The notes beneath the pieces were generated by a model. The model was not told the origin of the DNA. It made no database searches and saw only the letters and a program-made list of their open reading frames with translations. A program made the translations under genes and the position numbers. This document shows, piece by piece, positions 30,227 to 38,779 of a stretch of DNA of 59,252 nucleotides (position 1 is the stretch's first letter; each line of letters begins with the position of its first letter). This DNA is from a virus. The stretch lies in the IMG/VR virus record IMGVR_UViG_3300042975_000012. The stretch is one strand, 5' to 3'.

Positions 30227-30637
30227 TCAGCCTGATGTAAGACCCAAAGCTTTGAAGTGTAATCCATTAGTACTTTCTTTGTGTCCGTTTATAACTTTGG
30301 ATATATTATTAATAGGAATACCCAAATCTTCAGCTGCCTCAGTTATGCTAGACCAAATTTGACCCGTTTCAATACATTGTACAATCTTTCGCTGTCGACC
30401 AGTAAAAGTATTATTTATTATGGTCGAATTATCTCCCGAAACCGTAAAGATTTTAATTTTAGACTCAACGTTATCTTCGACGTTAATTGTTGGGATGGTT
30501 TTTTGATGTTCATTCAAATGAAAATAGATGCCAATACCAACAATAACTATGGCACCGATACTCAAGCAATAATCTTTCCAATGCTCTTGAAAATGAGTCG
30601 TAACTTTATCTATAGTTGTTTCTGTTTTCTCATCCAT
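30227..30637 (-). CDS. Membrane-anchored NUMOD1-like HTH protein, paralog 5 of 5
   Basis: TM LSIGAIVIVGIGIYF. C-terminus IVQCIETGQIWSSITEAAEDLGIPINNISKVINGHKESTNGLHF. MKGIIM artefact removed. Confidence 0.6.
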   Translation of the reverse strand: MDEKTETTIDKVTTHFQEHWKDYCLSIGAIVIVGIGIYFHLNEHQKTIPTINVEDNVESKIKIFTVSGDNSTIINNTFTGRQRKIVQCIETGQIWSSITEAAEDLGIPINNISKVINGHKESTNGLHFKALGLTSG

Positions 30638-30668
30638 AATAATTCCTTTCAATATAATAGATAAAAAA

Positions 30669-30752
30669 AAGAAGATGTTGTAAGGAGTGACGAACTCTTA
30701 CAACAGCGGTTTCGTTTAGGAAACTACATTCGCATCACACTGTTATCTTCTT
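30669..30752 (-). ncRNA. Leader hairpin cassette E8 (two different inner hairpins, no twin repeat) followed by a T8 run
   Basis: Outer aagaagat/atcttctt. Inner gttgtaag/cttacaac (8 bp) and gtttc/gaaac. Confidence 0.4.
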
Positions 30753-30774
30753 CATTATAGAGTATGTATTTTTT
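30750..30774 (-). promoter_or_regulatory. Motif A promoter-like element
   Basis: RC reads AAAAAATACATACTCTATAATGAAG. Confidence 0.55.
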
Positions 30775-30797
30775 GTACTTTTGTAGCAAACAAAAAA

Positions 30798-30820
30798 TGA
30801 AGTGCTTTGTAAACACTTCA
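30798..30820 (-). terminator. Intrinsic terminator (loop TTTACAAAG shared with 6146..6170)
   Basis: tgaagtg-ctttgtaaa-cacttca. The RC strand is followed by TTTTTTG. Confidence 0.6.
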
Positions 30821-30871
30821 CTTTCTCTTAATATTACTATTAAGAATCACATATTATTACACAAATAATAT

Positions 30872-31066
30872 TCAAGACACCTTTCGTAACAAACTCACGA
30901 TCTGATGTGTACATGCAGCATGCCCAACATTATAGCCTAGGGTAAACGTAACGATTCCTACTACACCTAAGATTTTAAATGCTAGTTTGCGGTCTGCTCT
31001 TTTATTCACATCGTTGAGTTCATCTTCAAAAAAGAAATCTTTCGATTCATTTGTATGATTATCCAT
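30872..31066 (-). CDS. Small membrane protein (64 aa)
   Basis: MKGIIM artefact removed. C-terminal TM FKILGVVGIVTFTLGYNVG. Confidence 0.55.
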   Translation of the reverse strand: MDNHTNESKDFFFEDELNDVNKRADRKLAFKILGVVGIVTFTLGYNVGHAACTHQIVSLLRKVS

Positions 31067-31092
31067 GATAATTCCTTTCATAGTTGATACTA

Positions 31093-31116
31093 TTTCATTA
31101 TAGGGTATGTAAAAAA
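31093..31116 (-). promoter_or_regulatory. Motif A promoter-like element
   Basis: RC reads TTTTTTACATACCCTATAATGAAA. Confidence 0.5.
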
Positions 31117-31118
31117 TA

Positions 31119-31147
31119 AAAGGCTATGTAATTTCTACATAGCCCTT
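31119..31147 (-). terminator. Intrinsic terminator after the lysis-proximal small genes
   Basis: aaggctatgta-atttc-tacatagcc(c)tt, 11-bp stem with T-rich tail on the RC strand. Confidence 0.55.
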
Positions 31148-31152
31148 TATTC

Positions 31153-31383
31153 TTATTCTTCAGTTTTATCTACTACAGTAAATGTAATAACAGACTCTTT
31201 GACAATATCTTCTGGAGCTATAGGAGACATAAGATGAATATATTTTTCTCCATTTTCAGTCTTCTTTATCTCCATGACACCATACGTCTTTCGACGACGA
31301 TGTCGTTCCATAAGCATCTGTATGATAGCAATGAATATACATACACCTATCAACATGCCAATAGCGAACCGGATATCAATCAT
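31153..31383 (-). CDS. Small membrane protein (76 aa)
   Basis: N-terminal TM FAIGMLIGVCIFIAIIQMLM. Confidence 0.55.
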   Translation of the reverse strand: MIDIRFAIGMLIGVCIFIAIIQMLMERHRRRKTYGVMEIKKTENGEKYIHLMSPIAPEDIVKESVITFTVVDKTEE

Positions 31384-31405
31384 AGGGTGTTCCTTTCAAT
31401 TGCTA

Positions 31406-31534
31406 CTACCATATAAATAATAGTAGACAGATAACGAGTGTCATCAGGAATGTATCAAGACCGACTAGGCATACAAAAACCCAATCTGTACCAAACGATA
31501 GTCTATTCTTAGTATGTTGTGGTTTATACGTCAT
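31406..31534 (-). CDS. Small membrane peptide (42 aa), below the track cutoff
   Basis: ATGA overlap with the holin stop. C-terminal TM LMTLVICLLLFIW. Translated by hand. Confidence 0.35.
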   Translation of the reverse strand: MTYKPQHTKNRLSFGTDWVFVCLVGLDTFLMTLVICLLLFIW

Positions 31535-31860
31535 TCTGCTGGTACCTCAGGCTTGGTAGGTGTGTCTACCCGTCCGATATTGAGAAGCGAATCCAACCAC
31601 TTATCAGTAATCCCAACTGCCCGGAATGCTGCATAAAATGTTTGTACGCCACCAATCACGGCAAATACAACAGTGACTGCATCTCCCGGAGATTCGGGAA
31701 TACCTCCAATAAAGCCACTGATAATACCTGCTACAACACTAACAATAATGCTGACGATACGTGCTGTATTGCCACTCATGGCCTTTGTCTTAATAGCTTG
31801 AACCAAAAATGGAATAAGTACAGCGGAAATAACAGCTGCCGCTGCTTGAATAACAGTCAT
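31531..31860 (-). CDS. Holin (multi-TM, 109 aa)
   Basis: Three hydrophobic segments. Lies immediately downstream of the endolysin and membrane-protein genes. Confidence 0.6.
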   Translation of the reverse strand: MTVIQAAAAVISAVLIPFLVQAIKTKAMSGNTARIVSIIVSVVAGIISGFIGGIPESPGDAVTVVFAVIGGVQTFYAAFRAVGITDKWLDSLLNIGRVDTPTKPEVPAE

Positions 31861-32352
31861 CTACTTCTCCTTTTCTTCTTTCTTTACTACGTGAACTACT
31901 TCAGGACGATAGTCCCAGTCATTATTTTCCAATCGATGTCCATAGTTTTCGGTGAGCTGATTAAGGCGCACGCGGCCACTTCCGTTTCCACCAGCCTTGA
32001 TATATTGATCACCAACATCAAGTAGATGCTCATGATGTTCACGGCTTCTAGGATCGAGAAATAGTTCGGCACGCCAATCAGCTAGCCGAATACTATCGAC
32101 GGCTGTAATGGATTTTTCCAGTAGTTCTTTAATTTCTTTCTCCATGGATCTAAAGGTCTCATGTTCAAGTGCAGCTTTATCAAAAAGCTCTTGATATTCT
32201 TGTAGTTTCTTCTTATTGGACTCAATATCATCTCCGGTACGTTTGACCATCAATGTCATGAGACCTGTAACAATAATAGTTACCGAAACCAATACGACGA
32301 TGATAACATCGGCCCACCACGGAATACTCTCTGGTAAATCTGGAAAATTCAT
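31861..32352 (-). CDS. N-terminally anchored membrane protein in the lysis cassette (163 aa)
   Basis: TM WWADVIIVVLVSVTIIVTGLMTLMV then a coiled-coil. Sits between lysin and holin. Confidence 0.5.
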   Translation of the reverse strand: MNFPDLPESIPWWADVIIVVLVSVTIIVTGLMTLMVKRTGDDIESNKKKLQEYQELFDKAALEHETFRSMEKEIKELLEKSITAVDSIRLADWRAELFLDPRSREHHEHLLDVGDQYIKAGGNGSGRVRLNQLTENYGHRLENNDWDYRPEVVHVVKKEEKEK

Positions 32353-32367
32353 TACCCATCTTTCCGA

Positions 32368-33408
32368 TTAAAAAGGATTAGATGGTGCGATCTTGATCTG
32401 AAGACGATCCATTGGTTCGCCAAGCATTCCAGCAAAATCATCGAAACCATCAACGGAATTACCATCATCACATGCTACATCGAGCCATCCGGAACGAGCA
32501 GTCGTCTGCGAACGGTAATATGCTTGCTGGAATCCCTCACCATTAGGTGTAGTATAATACAGCTGAACACCATCAATAGCTCGTCCGGGGATACCGGCAC
32601 AACCGTTTACAGTATCGTTCCTATCACCCTTAGTGACCCAATCCTCCCAGTCACCTCCGAGAATATGAGCACGATATTTGAGCGAACCATGATCTACCTT
32701 CGCATAGAACAGGTCATGCTGACCATTTGGCGTTCCAGCAAAGCCATCTTCGCCACCACCGAAGTTCGTAACTTCGTTATTCCAAGGCCCATTGAGGTCT
32801 CGCAAGGCATAGCGAACAGTAGCCGTCGTCACTGGTCCTGCGGGCTTAGCCACTGGTGCAGGCGCAGGCGCACTCGGCGTTGCTACTTCCGGAGCCTTGC
32901 CACTCTGCATAGCATCATACCACGCCTGTGCACGGGCCATATACTGGTCCCGCTGACTACCCTCAATAGATGCCGGGCATGCCGTAGACGTGAAATGACT
33001 ATGTGGGAAGACATTAACCATCCATGTCGGACGGCCGAGGCCATAGTACTTGCAGATAGCGGCAGTCAGATGTGCACCATTTTCAAGTGTCGCATCAGAA
33101 ATACGCCAAGGACTGTTTGACACATCGGCATGTTCAATGGCGATGGAAGTCGTATTGGCATCCCAATCGCCCGAGTTCCAAGACGTATCCCAGTCATTGA
33201 CCAGTTGACCAATACGACCGTTGACATCAACCTGATACTGTGCCGAAGCCTCTCTAGACTGCCAGACATTGAAGCAATCCTGAATCGAGAGGTTGCCTCC
33301 GTTATGGTGGAGGATTACCTTATTGATCTCGGCACCACCTCGACCTGGTGTGAAATGCACGCCGATGATCTTGTTTTCGTCAGCTTGTAGCTGTTCCCAA
33401 TTTTCCAT
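32368..33408 (-). CDS. Endolysin: N-acetylmuramoyl-L-alanine amidase (amidase_2/PGRP-like) with three C-terminal ChW-type repeats
   Basis: N-terminus VILHHNGG...IEHA...HSHFTSTACP (Zn-amidase layout), Ala/Pro linker, then three repeats of Y(R/A)..(x)..W..(W)V..G....G..G..(I/M)D.(L/V)Q(I/L). Confidence 0.7.
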   Translation of the reverse strand: MENWEQLQADENKIIGVHFTPGRGGAEINKVILHHNGGNLSIQDCFNVWQSREASAQYQVDVNGRIGQLVNDWDTSWNSGDWDANTTSIAIEHADVSNSPWRISDATLENGAHLTAAICKYYGLGRPTWMVNVFPHSHFTSTACPASIEGSQRDQYMARAQAWYDAMQSGKAPEVATPSAPAPAPVAKPAGPVTTATVRYALRDLNGPWNNEVTNFGGGEDGFAGTPNGQHDLFYAKVDHGSLKYRAHILGGDWEDWVTKGDRNDTVNGCAGIPGRAIDGVQLYYTTPNGEGFQQAYYRSQTTARSGWLDVACDDGNSVDGFDDFAGMLGEPMDRLQIKIAPSNPF

Positions 33409-33432
33409 AATAAATTCCTTGCGATTTTGACG

Positions 33433-33726
33433 TTAATTGCCTTGAGTAGGATCCGTGGTAGTAGGTTTCGTCGGATCATTGGACTTCTAGGTGATAATGG
33501 AATCAAGTCCTGGAAGATCCAATAGGTTAACCTGCTTGTCCAGTTGTGTGGTGAGATCCGTGAAGATCACATGTGTGGAGTCCTTAGTGCTATACACGGC
33601 CTTGAGATTATAAGGACGGATACACCAGGTCTCAAGATCGCCATTACGGTTGTCAAATACGAATCACAGCCGTAACAGCTCGTACACCATAGTTCCCGGT
33701 ACCGGGCGTAGATCTAATTGTGCCAT
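33433..33726 (-). pseudogene. Small late ORF interrupted in frame by TGA (33664..33666) and TAG (33487..33489)
   Basis: RBS AAAGGAATAATA then ATG at 33726. MAQLDLRPVPGTMVYELLRL * FVFDNRNGDLETWCIRPYNLKAVYSTKDSTHVIFTDLTTQLDKQVNLLDLPGLDSIIT * KSNDPTKPTTTDPTQGN *, codon by codon by hand. Confidence 0.5.
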
Positions 33727-33840
33727 TATTATTCCTTTGTAGATTTAGCAGTGCAACTAGCAAAATATTCCTTTCTGATGGTGCCTAGCGAACCGTCCGA
33801 CGTTCCCATTCGACTTTTTCGTATCCGTAGTTCATGGTGG

Positions 33841-36009
33841 TTACATGGCGAATATGCGGAAATACCGTCCTAATGGCTTCTTCGGATAGAAGAGGGACCA
33901 CTTGCCATCGTTTTGGGAGAATAATTCAGGTTTAGTGCCGTAATCGCGTGAGTAGAGTTGCGCGGCAAGATCGACTCTACTGTCATCCACATACACCATC
34001 TGCGAGGAAACCATGTTACCAATGCCTGTCGATGGCATGGGAAAGTTCATCGACCAGGAGTCCATGAGCGTGCCGTCTGTCCTCTTGGCGAGCATGTCGA
34101 GGTGGTATTCCTTGCCGACACCGTTGGTGCGCACGTACGTTTCGACAAGATACCATCCGCGTATCATACTGAAATTGAATGTTCCTTCCAGATAACCGGG
34201 TCCACTGTTAGATACGCCGGACCAACTGTTTTCCCAGTTGAACACGCATCTTTTCTTCGACCTTAAATCATAATAGTTAGAATATATTTCAGCTGCATCT
34301 CCGGTAATTGGGTCAACCTGATAGATGTCTTTCGCCACAATATCAACGCGGTAATCACCATTGGGGTTTACATAGGCCTTCACGGCGGCATAGTTGCCAT
34401 TGGCTGTTCCGTCGATAGCCATGAGTGAGGCCATCTGCCCATCTTTACCTGAGTGCACGTCGACTCTTGCAGCATTTTTGCCGATTATCCCCTTGTCCAT
34501 GTTCGATGCTAAGGTACCACTACTGCCATCACCGTTATCAAACGAGGCGAGTTGAATGCTTGCCCCCGAGGGAGTTTTGGAGTCAGTAACTCCAGAAGTG
34601 ACTATTGTGCCCGTATATTTCGTGCCGGTCCGTGTTCCATGCGTACCACCAATAAATGGGGACTTGTCAGAAGAGTGGCTTTCGAACGCCACATACCCGT
34701 CAACGTCGACATACTGCGGGTCATCAATGTTGTTGTAGTCATTATCGATTATGACTCGTGAAACAGACGGGTCGCCTGAATAGAATTTTCCGATCATCGC
34801 GACGTTACCGGTCGTGGCATCTATTTCAAAAGTCATCGAGCCATTGGCATCATATCCCTTGATTCCGGAACTGTCCATTTTCACTCGAGCACCACTAGAG
34901 GCAGTCTGGAACAGTCCTGATGTAACGATTGCAGCAGCCACGCTACTCACGTCCAGCTTGTCTCCGGTAATGGTTTTCGCAGCGATAATCTCATTTGCCA
35001 TGAGAACGTAGTCAACGAACGCACTACCGTTCCACATTTGGATTCCCGTGACCTGCTTCGAACTGTTCAACTGGAACCATAGGTCACCAGGCACAAGTCC
35101 ATTATGTTCTGGTTCACTGCTTGCGGGGAATATTTTGTTCTTCCCATCAGCAGTGGTCTGTGCGTTTTTTGCGGCTGCTTGAGCCTTATCTAAGGCGGTA
35201 GCCAGTACCGAAGCTCCAGCAGGTGCATACATGGTTGTGGCTATGGATGACAAGGCTACCGAGAACGCCCAAATACCAGCTCCACCAAGAGCGTTGGAAT
35301 ACATTACATCGACGATATGATTTCCCTTGGCGAAGGATATGGTTACCGGATCATTCTTAGTATATTGGGCACACTCGAAGACATTAACGCCATCGACATA
35401 GATGCGGGATCCATCATCATGAGAATACGTAAATGTCCATGTTGTATCTGCACTGAATGATACTAAAGTCCTGATTAAACCGTAACTGTAATTAACCGCT
35501 TTTGTGAGAATGTCACCAGTACCATCGTCCTGATACTTCGTGTATGAAGCTGCTAATGGTGCTATCAGCGAATATGATGGGAGCGTCTGGACGCTCGAGC
35601 CATTCGCCGCAGGAAATATAGCACAGAGCCAACTATTTGGTTTAGTCGTATCTAACAAAGAGGGAAGAGCTGCAAATATGGCCCGATTAGCAGATGTCTG
35701 TGCATTATTAGCCGTATCATAAGCACTAGTGGCTTTATTATACGCTGCCTTTGCCGCTTCATAGTTGCTCGATTTAGATGGAGTGCTCCAGTCAAATGAT
35801 CCATCGCTGAATACCGTAAGGAATGATATATATACAGTATTTGATGAATTATATGTAGGCTCGGCATTAGTCCAGCCTCCAGTTGGTGGATTCGTTGTTG
35901 GTGTTGCCGGAGCACTTGCCGTATTCGACTGAGTAATGTAATACGGTAATACCATTGCCACATCGTTTAATGTTGCGACTGTGACATCATCGCGTGCCTT
36001 TACTACCAT
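33841..36009 (-). CDS. Tail fibre / receptor-binding protein with PA14-like carbohydrate-binding segment
   Basis: N-terminal P.GGW...P......Y motif shared with neighbouring tail genes. TWTFTYSHDDGSRIYVDGVNVFE resembles PA14. Position distal to Tal. Confidence 0.55.
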   Translation of the reverse strand: MVVKARDDVTVATLNDVAMVLPYYITQSNTASAPATPTTNPPTGGWTNAEPTYNSSNTVYISFLTVFSDGSFDWSTPSKSSNYEAAKAAYNKATSAYDTANNAQTSANRAIFAALPSLLDTTKPNSWLCAIFPAANGSSVQTLPSYSLIAPLAASYTKYQDDGTGDILTKAVNYSYGLIRTLVSFSADTTWTFTYSHDDGSRIYVDGVNVFECAQYTKNDPVTISFAKGNHIVDVMYSNALGGAGIWAFSVALSSIATTMYAPAGASVLATALDKAQAAAKNAQTTADGKNKIFPASSEPEHNGLVPGDLWFQLNSSKQVTGIQMWNGSAFVDYVLMANEIIAAKTITGDKLDVSSVAAAIVTSGLFQTASSGARVKMDSSGIKGYDANGSMTFEIDATTGNVAMIGKFYSGDPSVSRVIIDNDYNNIDDPQYVDVDGYVAFESHSSDKSPFIGGTHGTRTGTKYTGTIVTSGVTDSKTPSGASIQLASFDNGDGSSGTLASNMDKGIIGKNAARVDVHSGKDGQMASLMAIDGTANGNYAAVKAYVNPNGDYRVDIVAKDIYQVDPITGDAAEIYSNYYDLRSKKRCVFNWENSWSGVSNSGPGYLEGTFNFSMIRGWYLVETYVRTNGVGKEYHLDMLAKRTDGTLMDSWSMNFPMPSTGIGNMVSSQMVYVDDSRVDLAAQLYSRDYGTKPELFSQNDGKWSLFYPKKPLGRYFRIFAM

Positions 36010-36015
36010 AAAATA

Positions 36016-37041
36016 TCAAGCCTCCAATTGTGCAGTATACGTTGCCTTGTCCGTAACATCCCCAGAATCAATGGTCAGGGTCGCTCCAGAAGAGACTGAA
36101 GTTGTTCCACCATCGCGATACCACTTAATGGTTCCCAAAGCCGTAATTTGAGCGGCTGTAAGTTCACTACCGGAACGATATACATGCGCTGTGAGAACCG
36201 TCTGAATTGCCGAATTCTTAAATATCAGACCATTAGAACTAGTGATGGCCATGGTTATGGCATCAGCACCATCATTACCATTTCGGCCAACAGAATATGA
36301 AGTATACGTTGTGTTATCAGTATACGTATGAATCGTTCTAGTCCACAGCCACTGTCCCTCAGGAACCGATGGAATGGTTGAACTCCATGTTCCAGTCGGA
36401 ACGGTCGATCCGGATGCTCCGGCCTGATAGGTAATAACACTATTGCTTATACCCTTACCGTTATTTCCGGCATCGCCTTTAGCCCCCATTTGGCCTACGG
36501 AATATGCGGTCGAACTGGAGCCATCAGTATACGAGATTACAGTACGAGTCCACAGATACTGTCCTCCGGAAACGGAAGGTATGGATGTACCCCAAGCTCC
36601 TGTAGGAGTGGTCGTACCAGAGGAGCTTGCCTGATAAGTAATGTTATTTCCGCTAATACCTTTACCAGCATTACCAGTGGTTCCGGTAAAGGCAATTCCA
36701 ATGGAGAATGTCTTATGCAGAATAATATCAGAACCAATGTGAACTGGAATATCAATATTGGCAGCGGACACAAACGATGTGGTTGCAGTAAATGTCAATG
36801 TCGGAGAGATGGCATTTGTATCTTTAGTAACCGTGATGCCCGTAGGAAGTGTGATTTCGGACAAGGTTACCGAGCAGGCAATGGGATTAGCGCCCTGCAT
36901 AGCCACGATAGTAGTCGTCGTATTTCCAGCCTTGGCCGTTGTAGTAGTACCGGGAAATACATACGCCTCTGACGTTAGAATGACACTATAGGCATCGGTT
37001 ACATCGACAATAGTTACTTGATCTGCTGTTATTTGAGCCAT
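36016..37041 (-). CDS. Tail fibre/baseplate protein with two tandem ~62-aa repeats
   Basis: GKGIS.N.ITYQA..SG.T.PTG.W...IPSV..GQ.LWTRT...YTD....T.YSVG occurs twice. Confidence 0.5.
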   Translation of the reverse strand: MAQITADQVTIVDVTDAYSVILTSEAYVFPGTTTTAKAGNTTTTIVAMQGANPIACSVTLSEITLPTGITVTKDTNAISPTLTFTATTSFVSAANIDIPVHIGSDIILHKTFSIGIAFTGTTGNAGKGISGNNITYQASSSGTTTPTGAWGTSIPSVSGGQYLWTRTVISYTDGSSSTAYSVGQMGAKGDAGNNGKGISNSVITYQAGASGSTVPTGTWSSTIPSVPEGQWLWTRTIHTYTDNTTYTSYSVGRNGNDGADAITMAITSSNGLIFKNSAIQTVLTAHVYRSGSELTAAQITALGTIKWYRDGGTTSVSSGATLTIDSGDVTDKATYTAQLEA

Positions 37042-37054
37042 GATTTAATCCCTT

Positions 37055-38776
37055 TCACCCCTCTAAATTACATTGAAATACGGTTTTTGTATCTACATCG
37101 CTAGGGGTAATAGTTAATGTAAATCCAGAATTTGATAATTTGGAATCATCCAACGCTATGGTAAGAAAATCCTCATCATCCGGTCCTTTATAAGACCATT
37201 GAAGATATGCTCCAGAACCAAAGACATTCTTCAAAACATTCGAATCAGTTATAATATTTGGACCATAAAATACAGTAACTGTCAGTATGGTCGAAATCTC
37301 ATTGTTCTTGAATACAAGTCCTCTGGAACTGTCTATACGCATTACAGATGCGCTGTTTCCAGTCAGCATGACAGGATCGCTTATAGAGCTTATTCCATCG
37401 CCATACTGTGTAGTGACTCGTTGCCAAATATACATTCCAGCTAGAAGACTTGGCCTAGTAATAGACCAGCCATCTTCAGGAGGATCTGTCATTGAAAGAC
37501 TGGAAGCATACTCATAAATAGTACTGACTATTGCTTTACTACTCAAGTCCTTGACATTGGCATCTATGGATGCAGTCTTGTCGATAGCGGAATTGATCGA
37601 GTTGTTAAGACTCTTCAAATATCCTGACTGCTGTCCAGTCAGAGTATCGTATGAAGTTCCAAGAGTATACTCGGTACGTGACGGATCAGTCAAGTTCACA
37701 TCTACTGCCGTGACCATCAGATATTCGTCAACGCCATGGGGCTTTGAACGAATACGAACTGCCTGACCGACATTCAGGTGATGATATTCTGACATATATA
37801 GAGAAAGATCCACTGCTTTAACGGTAATGGTTAGAGACGGTGAAATAAGCTTGAGCAGAGCCGGAACCGCACGCTGTAGCAATGTCGCGGCGTCTTTAGT
37901 GTTGGAGTCGTCCCATATATATTCGCGATATCCATAACGAGCTCTCGCTGATTCACTATAAATGATATCGCCATACTTGACTATGTCGCTATTATACTGC
38001 GTTACACCATCGGGAAGCGAAGATATAGTAGTCGGAGGAATCTTCACATCAGAAGGTTCATTCTCCAAACGATCACGAGCTCCACCTTTGGGATACAGCG
38101 CGGTGTACTGGTCTTTTGTATCAACAACCTTGGTGAAATCAGTAAGGTTCTCTCCAAAATCTATAATCTGGTCATTCATATCATGAACATCGGCATACAG
38201 ATTAAGAGTCTTGGTACCTTTGTTCTCATAGGTCAATGTCAGATATGCGCCATACTTATCTAGGATCTCGCTTTTCAACTCGGCAAAGGTCGTTGCCGTA
38301 GAGTCTGAATCACGAAACCTATAATTCTCAAAATATGATCCCTGATTTACTCCTACCTTGAAGTCCTTTCGGGAATCCATTACATGAGCATTATGCTGAT
38401 CTATAAGCCACTGAAAATACTGGGAGCCATCAGTCGGAGCTACAATGCTTCCATTCTCTGACACCGTGGAATATGGTCGAATATGAGTATCACTCAAAAA
38501 ATCAAGCGCACTGACACAGGATATCTTATGGAAACGATTGAAGTCCTCGGTTATGGAGTCTATTACTCCCTCAAAGATCTTTTCATCATTAGAATACAGA
38601 TAGACTGTATCAGCGCGTTCGGCCAAGATGCTATACAGCGGATGTTTTATTGATATCGTGAAGTCCAGATATGATGGAACATTCACAGACTGCTGTGACA
38701 TTGAGGCATCCATAATCCTTTCGTCGTCGCTGTATGCATCGAACAATATCTTATCGCCATATAGCATCTTGTACAT
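37055..38776 (-). CDS. Tail-associated lysin-like / tail tip protein (Tal, prophage tail endopeptidase family-like)
   Basis: Size and position after Dit. The N-terminal region resembles the siphovirus Tal N-domain. C-terminus has the GW...P....YIWQR..T.YGDG motif. Confidence 0.5.
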   Translation of the reverse strand: MYKMLYGDKILFDAYSDDERIMDASMSQQSVNVPSYLDFTISIKHPLYSILAERADTVYLYSNDEKIFEGVIDSITEDFNRFHKISCVSALDFLSDTHIRPYSTVSENGSIVAPTDGSQYFQWLIDQHNAHVMDSRKDFKVGVNQGSYFENYRFRDSDSTATTFAELKSEILDKYGAYLTLTYENKGTKTLNLYADVHDMNDQIIDFGENLTDFTKVVDTKDQYTALYPKGGARDRLENEPSDVKIPPTTISSLPDGVTQYNSDIVKYGDIIYSESARARYGYREYIWDDSNTKDAATLLQRAVPALLKLISPSLTITVKAVDLSLYMSEYHHLNVGQAVRIRSKPHGVDEYLMVTAVDVNLTDPSRTEYTLGTSYDTLTGQQSGYLKSLNNSINSAIDKTASIDANVKDLSSKAIVSTIYEYASSLSMTDPPEDGWSITRPSLLAGMYIWQRVTTQYGDGISSISDPVMLTGNSASVMRIDSSRGLVFKNNEISTILTVTVFYGPNIITDSNVLKNVFGSGAYLQWSYKGPDDEDFLTIALDDSKLSNSGFTLTITPSDVDTKTVFQCNLEG

Positions 38777-38779
38777 GAG

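Noticed and set aside
33315-33506. 63-aa minus-strand ORF from the track
   Set aside because: It overlaps the endolysin start and its RBS out of frame, has an Arg/Leu/Ile-rich low-complexity translation, and has no RBS.
33433-33726. Genome-wide stop-codon reassignment (TGA or TAG recoding) as the explanation for the interrupted ORF
   Set aside because: All other late genes, including the 2460-aa tape measure and the 1303-aa replicase, are open under the standard code. Two different stop codons would also have to be reassigned.
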